64,000 nucleotides of DNA from Gnetum montanum. Taxonomy: Eukaryota; Plantae; Gnetophyta. The stretch spans positions 452,689 to 516,688 of the forward strand of contig MNCI01001630.1 of NCBI GenBank assembly GCA_015680685.1. The letters run 5' to 3'. A program made the position numbers and the translations under genes. This document shows, in pieces, positions 49,401-58,659 of the stretch. The notes beneath the pieces were generated by a model, which saw only the letters and a program-made list of their open reading frames with translations, was not told the DNA's origin and made no database searches. Each line of letters begins with the position of its first letter. Position 1 is the first letter of the stretch.

Positions 49401-52400
49401 GCCAACAAGGCCCTTGGTCTTGATGAATGGCCTATTGGATTCTTTAGGGTGTTTGCTGATATCCTAGGGAGGAATCTTTTAGATGCTTTTAACATGATGC
49501 TCCAGTGGCAACAAGTTTGTTGGGAAATTAATTGTTCCAAGATTGTCCTTATTCCCAAAATGGCCAACCCTATATACCCATATAGTTTCGGCCAATTGGG
49601 GTGTGTAACACCTTGCTTTGCTTGTTCACTAAAATGTTGGTTCATCGTTTGGCCCCATTTATGCCATGCATGGTGGGGGCACATTAGGCTGATTTCATCA
49701 AAGGTTGTTTCCTCCAAGACCAGGTAATTTTGATGCAGGAGATCCTTAATTCGTTGTTGCGATGGGGGGGACGTTGACGTTTGAGCCATCCTATCTATGG
49801 TACCAAGGGAGAACTGAGCTATGGGACTTGGTGCATTGTGTGGGATGGGAGTCTTTGCTTCCCAAGCTGGTGGGGGATTCTGCTTTGCCATATGGCAAAT
49901 TTTTTGCCAACTGGCATGATACTTCGATGACTTTCCATGCAGTCAGGATTGACCTCACTGAAGAGGCTTTGGCTAGGGCTTTAGACATGCCTATGATGGG
50001 CGAAGAGATTTTGCGTGTTACTAGAGGGCTCTAGGATGTCCAAGGTTTCTTTATGGGGCATATTCCAAGAACTGTCAGTGGTTAGGTGCTGCGGTCCACC
50101 CTGTCCAATTTATGGCAATTGGCGGCCAATTTGGTTAAAAGATTTTTCATTCACTCTTGGAACAGGTTGAAGCTTCAGGGCACACATTTTGTGTTTCGGA
50201 AGTGTCTCTAGATGGGATGCCAGGTTAATATTCCTTAGTTTTCTTGGCTTCCTTGAGACATGGCAATCAGGGAGACACTTGGGGTTAATTTTGGCCCTAT
50301 GGAGAGCGCTTGGGGAGGATCATGTTTTGTGTTTCGTGCGTTCTTTTAGTCACTCCATCTTCTATAGACGGAGGAAATTTGAGGGAAGCTCTATGGAAAG
50401 CCCATGTGGCACAGTGGTTCTAGCGCTTATGGCCACTGGGAGGTGTTCTGTCGTGGTGGATTTGGGAGAGGAGCCTGTTCAGTCCGGGAACGACCCTGTG
50501 GGGTTCAAGGTGTAGTTGGGTTTGGCTTGTGAGGAGGCAACTTCGGAGGCTCGGGCTGAGGAATGTCATGTGTGGGAGGCTAAGTGAACTGCACGTGAAT
50601 AATTTTTCCAACATCATCTTCATGAGATGGAGATGCAACATGGGGAGGAGTTGGAGGTGCTCCATCAGCAAAGTTTTGCCAAGGATGCTAGGGCACAGGT
50701 TTCTCTTGAAGAGCAACTCAAAAAGGATATCAGGGAGGAGCTGCAAAAGAAGGAGCAACGTTAGAAAGCACTGGAGTGGGAAGTTGACGAGCACAGAGCT
50801 TGTGAGTCCTAGGAATACATCAAATGGCGGAAACAATTAACGTGGGCTCATAAGATTAATACCATTGCCTAGATGTGTGTGAGAAAATGCTCATATATGT
50901 AGATGCAAATTAATTGTGTAGTTTCTTGGTAGGAGCTTTGCTGCAACATCGGGCTTTTCTTGACGAAATTGCACTTGGATGAGGTTGGATCAGCTGTCTC
51001 CCAGGCTAGGAAGGCGGAAGCCTTTAAGCTTTTCTAGGAGGTGGCCACCTTTGTGGACTCTAAGGAGCATCGTGCACAACTAGACGCCTTGTACTCTCAG
51101 CTCTCTTAGAATTGTTATTGTGACCATATGCCCTACCACCCTTAGGGGTGGGGAGGGCTTCTCGGTTTTTGTGTTTGGTTTTCTTTTGTTTTATGTCGGT
51201 TGGGATAGGGTTCTGGTCGTCGGTTGTTTATCTGGGTTTGGTTTCTTTTCTTCATGTCGTGGCTTTCCCTTGACATTTTTTGTCTTTGTTGTTTTTGTTG
51301 TTGTTTGGGTATAGTTTTGGTGCTGCTACAAATGTCATGCTACGCTCCTTGTATGTGTTGCCTTATGTGCACAAGGCTTAAACATTAAATGATATATGCC
51401 CATTATGTATGGGGCACTTGAAACGCTAAATCATTTTATATACCAGTGCATGTACGCCATGGACACTTGGTGGGCTATGGCGCTCCCTTCATCGGTTAGA
51501 CTAGATGGTGATTCCAAAGTGGTGGTTGGGCTTTGGACTCTATGGAAGACACAGAACAATTGGATTTTTTGCTTCTTGTAGCTTCCTCTACCTATGTTGG
51601 TTGGTTGTGGTGCTCAGGGTGAGATTGTGACATGAAGCTCTAGTTGCCATTGTGATGACACCTACATTTGAGCCTTATTGCATGGTGTTCTAGGCAAAAT
51701 AGGTGTTTTGGGGGCTTGTGGCATGGACTGGTTGGGCAGATGTCCTTCCTATGCTAGAGGGGGAGCCTGACCTCGGGGATGGATCATTTTACAAGAACTA
51801 GGCTGTCAACTCCACCACGTTTTGGGGGGTCCAAATTGAGCTTATAGAGGCCTCACTTTCGCATTTGTTGGGTCAGCTATTGGGGAGGTCATCCTTCCCA
51901 CCAGGCAAGGATTGTAGGATGTGGAGGGCTTCTTCTTGAGGCCCATACCTAAGACAAGAAGTGGGTAGGTGCCAAAGTTGGCTTTGCCGCAACTTTGGTA
52001 GGACGCAGCTGAGCCCATTGACCATTTCTTGGTCTAGTTGGGGAATGTATGGAAGTTATAGGGGGTGCACTTCTCTTTTCTGAAGTGCATGTGGCTTGGC
52101 TGTAGTGTTAATATTCTTAGGTTTTTTCTATCATTGCTTTGTAGCTAGAGACATGGTTGCCATTCGGGTCTTATTTTGGCCCTTTGGAGGGTTGCAAGGC
52201 CGGTGGCTCCACAGCAGCCACGGCTTGAGCCTTGCTTGGCGGTGTGTGGTTGGTGGTTTGTGAGGGGGTGTTCAGCTCCGGCCCCGCCTCAACCCAAGTT
52301 TCCCATGGGGGAGGTGGTTGGGTCTTTGAGAGTGCTGGTGGTGTGATCCCTCCCCTGACAGTTGGGGTTTTTCCCCCCTACCAATTTTGGTTGTACATAA

Positions 52401-55400
52401 CTTGCGGATTTGTTTTCTTAATAGATTCGCCCAAACTCTTCTTTGTATATTACATCTTTGTTTACAACGAAGCTGTGTCAAAATACACATTATAATTCAT
52501 AGCAAACATATAAAAATTTTAGTGTTTATATATGTGTATTTGTAATAGAATAAGAATATTATAAAGTCGCTATTTTACTACCTTGACTCACCATTTCTGA
52601 GCAAAATCTAATATTTGTGAATTGTTTCTATGGATCCATATAAAGAAATAGTTTCTATTTTAGCACAGTATTGCATTGCTTTATCCATTAGCATGTGTCA
52701 TCCACATACGTATGTTTTTACCATAGGTACTCTCCATGTACACGTATTTGGAAAATTGACAAGACAGGCTTTTTTGAACTTCAAACCTGTCTGTACACGT
52801 ATTTGGAAAGTTGACAAGTAAGACCTTTTTTTAAAATCCAAACTTGTTATACGTATTAGAAATACTGTTCTTGTGTTCTTGATGTAGAACAGTTTTAGGG
52901 CGTGTATTCTCTTCTACTACATCTTTCGGCTGAATAGGAATTTGAGGCTGTTTGTAACAGACCAGAATTAGAATTACTTTGATTCTGATAATTATAGAGT
53001 AGCACATTTTCCCAAATTATATATCTTGTAATCTGGTAAATTGCTTTGCTTCACGATCCTACAGCCAAATCCAAGGTCATCTCTGTCATAGCCTACAAAA
53101 CAAAAAGAGATTGGTTGGCTCTGACATGATGTTTTGGTCTATTTTCCTTCTGAATGTGCATATGCACTTCACCACCTAACATTATCTGTAGCTAAGTATT
53201 TTAGTTTTAAACTAGTCTGGATTTCAGCCATAGTAACAAATGCTTTGAAAACATGAAAACAAGGTTTTCTTGTTTTATCTGGAAACACCCATTCCACTAA
53301 AAGTAGTAAAATATAAAGAGCCAACCGATGATGCAGGATTCAGAGAACTGAAAATAACACAATAGATAAAATAATAAAGTGAAGTTTACTGTTTTTTATA
53401 TGCTTTAGTTCACTACTAATACCATAATAATAATATCTTTGCAAAATATTATCGGTTATCTAAACATGCTGGAATTAAAGAATGATATCTAAGGAACTGT
53501 GCTCTTAGAATGGCTTGCAATTTTACAGAGGCGGAAGGATTCGGTAACAATTAGAGAGAGATTCAGCTTGAAAATAATGTTTTTTTTTTTTCAATTGTAT
53601 ACTTATAGCTGTTTTGTTTAAATTTTGTGATATACACGATGATGTTGGCATTGTGACCCCAATATGTTCTCAGTTTATGCTACAATTCAACATTTTCTTC
53701 TGTTGCAGCAGCAGCCACAACATCATTTCTTGAAATAGTTGCTACCAAGGTGTACATATTACCAAATTTATACTGACCATTGCCACAGAAGAAATGAACT
53801 TCTAAATCATCAATCTGAGTAACTAAGATAATGTTTGTTGAGGCAAATCAAACTGCTGTAATAACATGCTTCCTATCCCAGCAACATTTCAAGGGTTTTC
53901 GTTATCATTAAACATGATGCATGATGAAATAGACTGATAAGAATAGAAGACAAACGTCTCAGCTGAAATATGAAATGAACCACCTATTTCAATAAACGAG
54001 ACATCTTCTACTGCGTCCAAAGACAACAGTGTTCATGTTTTAGATGCCAAGAAACAAAAAGCTGCTTCACTGTCTGTCATATGTATCTTGGAAGCCGCAA
54101 TAGCTGATAATTTCCTTTTCATTCTTTTCTTGTTATGTTTTTCCTTTTAAGCCTTCCGTGAATGAGGCTTCTTTGTATTATCCTTTCTCTTGACACAGTT
54201 AACTGTAAAGATTCTTATTTTGAGTGTGTTCAACTTTACTCTTTAAATGCTGTTGGTTGGGCCTACCTCCAGTTTCAATCACCAATACATTACATAATGC
54301 AATAATGCTTGACCAATTTTTGATAACCATGATAGTGATTCAAACCTGACGTTCTGTTGAATGCTTTTCCTAAAATTTTTTTTAAAAAAAAGGAAAAAAA
54401 GTTATGTTGTATGCGCTTTTTAACAGTGTCTGAAAAACACAAGGATCTGATTCATTTGGAAGGATGCTTGAATTTTGCTCCTCAAAACAAGGACAAACAA
54501 AGATAAAGCCTGCAATTGTATCTTCTTCCAATCCTCGGTTGTCACAATAGATTGCTAAGATGACTAGCACACTATCTTTGTGTTAAATTATCTTTCACCA
54601 CAATGTTCTTTGTGTTTCAGTTTCGACTAATAGCCAATTGAGTTACCATTGACATGATTATGTTCACTTGAAGCTGGTGCCTATCGTATTTCTAATTCAC
54701 AATATGACCAAATTACTACATCAAGAAATTAATACGTATAATATGACCAATTTAAAAAATTTTGTAGTAATTCTTTTATTCTTCAAAATTATCTAGTGTT
54801 CTCAGTATCACTGCAGGAAGTTTCTATGCCCCTGATTTTTTTTACAGAATAAATCATATGCTATGGATTGGGATTTTTCAGCCTCATATGCCAAGAGGCA
54901 AAGTTTTTTCCCTACATAACAATATAATTTGATGTCAGTTCTGCAGTTCTTCAGGATGAATAATGCTTGTTATTTTCGGGCTGTACTCCATATTTTCATT
55001 ATTAATTAAATTGTATTTTTACATGCTCAAAGATAAATCTGACCATTGGCATTTGCAATTTAACAAGAAATTTTAGTTGCATGGTATAATGCAGTCTTAA
55101 CATTCTGTTAATATTACTATTATTATTATCATTTGTTCAGTCCTAATACATATACATGTTTTTAAAATTTGATCAGTCTCAGACACAAACACTTTGGACC
55201 AGAGTAAAAGAATGCGGACAGTTGGGGATTACACTTCTGCAGCCTACGCTGCTCCTGCTACATTTGTTTCTCCCGGTCCATCTGTTTGGGGTCCTCAGAG
55301 GTAGCCCTCCTGGTCTGAATGATTTTAGTTCTTTTTCTTGTATGGTCTCAAACCATTAAATGCTCTGTAGGATTAGCACTTCATCTGGTGTAATATAACA

Positions 55401-56793
55401 TGTTGGTCATATTTTATTTCTCCTTATTTATGGATACGTTAGTATACCTCATACAGTCATGGTTTTTTAAACAAAGTATACATTAGTCCATTAAAAAAAA
55501 TTGAAAGCTGACATTGATGTCCCCAGTTATTTGGCAGCCCCACATGCACCCTTTGATCCATATGGTGGTTACCCTGTTCCCCATGTTGCTCCAGTTCCGT
55601 TGGCCATTGCTCCTGCAGGCTATGCTCCAGTACAGGTATGGTGAATTCAAAGCTAAAAACATGAGTCACGGTTGAGTTGGTTATGGACTTATCATTAAAG
55701 TACCTTTAATTATGAGGTCATCACTTCAATCCTTATATGTGTATGCGTCTGGCAACTCAGCTAGTAAGCTTAATGAATATTAGAAAAAAGGTTTATATTG
55801 TTTTTGTTATTTAATAGTCCTTAATAATATAGCAATCCACCTATGCCGTCAATAACTTTTATCATTGGTCTCTGCTTGATTTTTTCTGTTGAATGTGTAG
55901 AATATGAAGGATAATCCTCCATGTAATACTCTTTTTATTGGTAATCTTGGAGAGAACACCAGCGAAGCAGAACTTAGAGGACTTTTCAGCAGGTAAAAAT
56001 GTTGCTAGAGTTTCTCCCTAATCATTGTTGTATTTTCTCTCGGTTGTTTAATCAGCATTTTTAAAATTAAATTACTTTAACAAAGCTGTTAAGTGAAAGC
56101 TATTCTCTAGTTTCCATCCCCTGAAAAATATTGTCAAACAGGCAATCTGGCTTCAGGCAGATGAAAGTGTTACGACAGGGAAGGAGCACAGTTTGTTTCA
56201 TAGAATTTGAGGTAAAAACATTTGTGTAAAAATTTTGTTGTTTATGTTCATTGGATTGATGGAACTGGTTTATATTGGTATGTCTTCTACTCTTTTGTTT
56301 AGCGGAAGGTGTTTTTAGACATAGTTGAGAACACTTATTGTTTGGTTTCTAGATTTGCAAACGCTTGTTCATTGATCATTCTCAAAACTGCGTGTCTATT
56401 TTGTGGATAAATTACATCAGTTTTTACTTGGATTTCTTCTCGAGGAGTCAGTTAATTAAGTTTACACATTTTACGCTTATCATCATCCTTTGTGCTTTTT
56501 TCAGTTATTTTTTCCTAATTAATGAACACTTTCATACAGGTTAAATTTTTGGTTCGACGGTGGATGACTGAACAATCTTACCTAATGCATCTTTATCTTC
56601 TCTTCTATATATATTCATTTCTAAGTTTAGGTGTCCTGTTATGTCTTTCCGTTTATCAGTTAAAATGGAAATTTACAAATTTTCAGGATGTTAACAGTGC
56701 AATGGCTGTTCATAATAACTTGCAAGGTGCGATTCTTGGTAGTTCTGATCGTGGTGGCATGAGAATACAATATCCTTCTTATTGTCATATGTT

Positions 56794-56824
<31 letters not shown>

Positions 56825-57001
56825 TTTGGATTCTGAAGAACATTTTCACTGCATCACCTTAACATGAGCAAGTATTCCAAAAATCCATATGGAAGGAAAA
56901 AAGATGCAAATGGAGGACATCAACCACGTGCAAACAATAGCTCTGCTGCATTGGGGCCATCTCAGCAGAATCTCAATTCATCACAGTCACCCTCTCATTG
57001 A
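10192..57001 (+). CDS. Two-RRM RNA-binding protein (RBPMS/couch potato/Scw1-like plant family, At3g21215-like), 365 aa; join(10192..10425,26397..26576,26688..26763,55177..55300,55527..55635,55901..55992,56142..56211,56687..56769,56872..57001)
   Basis: The exons sum to 1098 nt with consistent phases. RRM1 reads VRTIFLFGFPKDVKERELQNLLRWWPGYE...MGFALF...LRAEMAKKNL. RRM2 reads DNPPCNTLFIGNLGEN...VCFIEFEDVNSA...MRIQYSKNPYG. Seven introns are GT-AG and one is U12-type. Confidence 0.93.
11737..13980 (+). mobile_element. Probable LTR-derived segment in intron 1 (Copia-like LTR)
   Basis: TGTTGG start after a purine tract, CCAACA end, CTATAAATAG, and TTCTCTCA-rich transcribed-region motifs like those in the LTRs at 29304 and 58660. 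No target-site duplication (TSD) found, so the ends are uncertain. Confidence 0.35.
17127..17302 (+). repeat. Imperfect ~87-bp tandem duplication inside the Copia remnant
   Basis: GATGAGGACTTG...AAAAATATAAAGGTCAAG...CTTGAATATA occurs twice. Confidence 0.8.
17716..17889 (+). mobile_element. Au-SINE-like element
   Basis: B-box-like GGGTTTGAGCC and a 3' GACCCTCCTAGGACCCTGCC...GGTGGGA...GGGTGATGATCCTTTT tail. The same tail occurs at 31757-31856. Confidence 0.5.
18667..19070 (+). repeat. ~130-bp direct repeat pair (18667-18795 and 18940-19070)
   Basis: TTCCTTATAGAAGTTGTGCCTTTTGAGACATTTAAAAT...AAGAGGCATTTGTGTAGAATACT occurs twice. Confidence 0.9.
20019..26130 (+). mobile_element. L1-type LINE copy A, near full length, decayed: ORF1 plus ORF2 (EN-RT-zf-RVT plus unusual C-terminal extension)
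   Basis: ORF1 from 20144 is DUF4283-like (SLIGCF...VLQGGPWF) with knuckle CSLCGKNGHREPDC. ORF2 from 21320 has MKLLSWNCRG, GDFN, KLDIAKAYD, GLRQGDPL, YADD (near 23336) and KIKVFLW. The extension spans 24400-25830. Ends are approximate. Confidence 0.92.
26397..26576 (+). CDS. Exon 2: RRM1 N-terminal part
   Basis: TTATAG|GTAAGG acceptor and CAA|GTGAGT donor; 60 codons. Confidence 0.95.
26688..26763 (+). CDS. Exon 3: RRM1 C-terminal part (NLVFDAETNSVLRAEMAKKNLYVKR)
   Basis: TTGCAG| acceptor and AG|GTAAGC donor, phase 1. Confidence 0.95.
29304..31603 (+). mobile_element. Solo LTR 1 (about 1.54 kb plus a nested LINE fragment) with perfect 5-bp TSD AGACA
   Basis: AGACA|TGTTGG...CTCCAACA|AGACA; inverted homolog of 38367-39897. 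Confidence 0.9.
30189..30950 (-). mobile_element. 5'-truncated 3' fragment of the LINE family (coiled coil, J-like module, 3' UTR, poly-A) nested in solo LTR 1
   Basis: T run at 30189-30197. The minus strand reads QDRAHKHNTWLWLQEGKCLYIIMDINCNTSWHKL*RHIRRTAAQLHLN...EEFKEFQQVATFVDTERH. The segment is absent from the sister LTR. Confidence 0.88.
31757..31856 (+). mobile_element. Au-SINE-like 3' fragment
   Basis: Similar to 17810-17889, with an internal TAGGACCCTGTTAGG duplication. Confidence 0.45.
32895..40480 (+). mobile_element. L1-type LINE copy B, older and diverged, interrupted by solo LTR 2
   Basis: ORF1 remnant with knuckle CQVCGKGNHQIDIC near 33460. ORF2 starts at 34051 (MKILLWSC), with QAGFVKGR, YADD at 36089 and IWKARN near 37120. 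The extension resumes after the LTR with HPNK, then the tail CTCAAAAGAAAAGAAAA. Confidence 0.9.
38367..39897 (-). mobile_element. Solo LTR 2 (1531 bp), same family as solo LTR 1, with degenerate TSD GCTGT/ACTGC
   Basis: TG...CA termini; reverse complement of 29304-31603 minus its insert; ~33-bp subrepeats at 38580-38720. Removing it rejoins the LINE frame (..AKV*AA|NAKRW). Confidence 0.88.
40681..40788 (+). repeat. Perfect 54-bp tandem duplication
   Basis: TTTACATAGGGGAAAACCATGGGTTCAGGTGATGTGTGTCAAGTACCATTACAA occurs twice. Confidence 0.95.
42969..43030 (+). pseudogene. tRNA-like sequence (tRNA pseudogene or SINE head)
   Basis: TGCTCACTTGGTTAGAGC (D arm / A box) and AGGTTCGACTCC (T arm / B box). 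The acceptor and anticodon stems do not pair well. Confidence 0.55.
43692..43735 (+). mobile_element. Tiny RTE-like LINE 3' stub
   Basis: TAGCCAACCTCATCCTATTGGGACAAGGCT followed by a (GAT)n tail, flanked by a degenerate TSD GATAGAGC..CAATTT. Confidence 0.5.
44033..47368 (+). mobile_element. L1-type LINE copy C, youngest (CpG-rich, A25 tail), 5'-truncated in EN; RT hidden by the assembly gap
   Basis: WILAGDFNQRL, ASDHR, RPFRFE and YLGIPL motifs; coiled coil and J-like module at 46480-47125; poly-A at 47344-47368. Confidence 0.93.
44992..45948. other. Assembly gap (957 N)
   Basis: Run of N. Confidence 1.
47830..51320 (+). mobile_element. L1-type LINE copy D, with the RT core and zf-RVT internally deleted and the extension retained
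   Basis: ORF2 ATG at 48108 (MRILS*N), GDFNQ, and an RT N-terminal part up to QEILNS near 49750. It then jumps to MGGTLTFEP... and on to the J-like module ending near 51108. Confidence 0.88.
51340..52445 (+). mobile_element. L1-type LINE 3' fragment E: zf-RVT end, accessory-like domain and 3' UTR, with no coiled coil or J module
   Basis: LWTLWKTQN, MTPTFEP, FYKN*, HSGLILALW, then a family-type 3' end (TTGTA...AATAGA...AACTCTTCT). Confidence 0.8.
55177..55300 (+). CDS. Exon 4: linker (DQSKRMRTVGDY...VWGPQ)
   Basis: GATCAG| acceptor and AG|GTAGCC donor; family-typical DQSKRxRT motif. Confidence 0.9.
55527..55635 (+). CDS. Exon 5: Pro/Ala-rich linker (YLAAPHAPFDPYGGYP...YAPVQ)
   Basis: CCCCAG| acceptor and CAG|GTATGG donor. 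Confidence 0.92.
55901..55992 (+). CDS. Exon 6: RRM2 start (NMKDNPPCNTLFIGNLGEN)
   Basis: GTGTAG| acceptor and AG|GTAAAA donor; RNP2 motif LFIGNL. Confidence 0.95.
56142..56211 (+). CDS. Exon 7: RRM2 (QSGFRQMKVLRQGRSTVCFIEFE)
   Basis: AAACAG| acceptor and GAG|GTAAAA donor; RNP1 motif. Confidence 0.95.
56687..56769 (+). CDS. Exon 8: RRM2 (DVNSAMAVHNNLQGAILGSSDRGGMRI)
   Basis: TTTCAG| acceptor; ends at CA|ATATCCTT, a U12 donor. Confidence 0.92.
56770..56871 (+). other. U12-type (minor spliceosome) intron, AT-AA termini, 102 nt, with internal (TA)n
   Basis: 5' ATATCCTT, branch site CACCTTAAC at 56855-56863, and no polypyrimidine tract. Only the AA| boundary restores Q-Y-S-K-N-P-Y-G. Confidence 0.85.
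56872..57001 (+). CDS. Exon 9: (Q)YSKNPYGRKKD...SPSH stop
   Basis: Conserved YSKNPYG; TGA at 56999-57001. Confidence 0.9.
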
Positions 57002-58659
57002 CAACAGCCCCAAGGTTTATTACAAACATTGAAGTGATGTATTCTGTTCTCACATGCATCCTTTGACCATGTGCATCATGTGTGATATCCTCATCCTCAT
57101 CCTCATCATCGTAATGGGGCACTAGGCAGTTTGATTGCATCATTGTTTCCCTTTAGTGCTGTGATTAGCTTTTAGCCTAAGTGTCTTCTCATGTGAATAT
57201 TGTTTTTTATTTGTTCGTGAGTGCATGTAAAGGGTAGAAAGGTGTATCATTGTTTGGTAAGTTGGGAAACATGCATCAATTTTGCAGGGCAAAGGGTAAG
57301 ATGTTTTTTTAGAGGATGCATTGAATTCCAATAAAACATGTGTCACATGTTTTCTTGCTAGCATTAATCATTGTGACTCTAGGACTTACTTTTTAAGTAA
57401 CAAGAGGAACATGTTCTAGGTTTTAATATTGTGATTTATTAGCTGCATGCATTGGCTTTGATATTGACCTTTTGTGCATGTCTTGTGCCAAAAGCATTAT
57501 GCGGTTTTCTGATATTTTTAGTACTATATGCATAAATTTTAGTCATGCTTGTTCTGAAACCTTCATTTTCTTCTATTCTTCTTACAATTTTTTTTTATAA
57601 AAAAAACGTGTTTTCTTAGCATTCTCTATTTGTCATAGTCTCTTCCCCATCTATATGCTTGATTGAACACCCAGATATTCTTTTTAGCTATTGTTATTCA
57701 CTTCCAAGAGTACAGTCATTGTGCTTTGAAAATATTCGACATTTGCTAATCGAATGGAGCATTTCCTTATGCTGATGCTGCAAAGGAAAAACTTTGGAGA
57801 GCATGAAGGAGTTGCGAGGTTCAAAATTGTATGGTATCATTTCTGAACTGTTTCACTCTTTCAGAAAACATTACTTTGCATTTTTATTCCCTTTTGGTTT
57901 TGTTTTCTTTTTAACTAGGGTGTTTTGCCCTTGGGTTGGAAGGATGGGGCTTGTTTTCTTTATGATAGATATGTTTGGAAATTGTTCTATGTTACTTGAA
58001 TGCATTGTGATCTATGATACTTGAGTGGATTGCATAAAGTGATTTGAGCTTTTTTGTTCTCGTCCTTAGTCCGTTTATTTCTATATAATAATGTCTTTTT
58101 GGACATTTTCCACAGGTATCCATCCATCGTTAAAAAGTGAAGGATAAGCGTGATTCTCTTTTTTAATTTTCCTAATTTCATATACATAGATTACGTGATC
58201 TTTATAAATTGAGCAATAACTAGAAGCTATTGATTGTGGAAGTGTTGGCATCGATGCATTGTTTGGTATGATATGAACATACATTTCTTTGTCATCGTGA
58301 TCTATGTAATTTTTATAAACTTGTTTTTTTTCTTCGAAGCAATGAAAATATGTTCTACCTTCTATCTCTCACTTCGGATGTTTGTCAATTGTTATGCTGA
58401 TACTTGGGCAGGACATGAGCTTTTAGGAAGAGTTTTTTAACAGGACTAAGAGTTAGGCTCTCATACCAAATGTTGAAAAACGATGTATAAGCATGATTTT
58501 TATTTTTGAATTGTCCTGATTATATAGGTATAAATTGCATGTACTTACCGAATATGGAGAACCTTATATAATATTAGGTTGGTCCCAGTAAGGAATAAGT
58601 TATTTCTTTCATATTGTACTATATTTTTCACCTTTTCGGAGCACCTGGAATTTGTTGGG

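Noticed and set aside
53709-53749. Possible cryptic or poison exon (TTGCAG|...AAG|GTGTAC)
   Set aside because: Weak donor, frame-disrupting, and no supporting evidence in the sequence alone.
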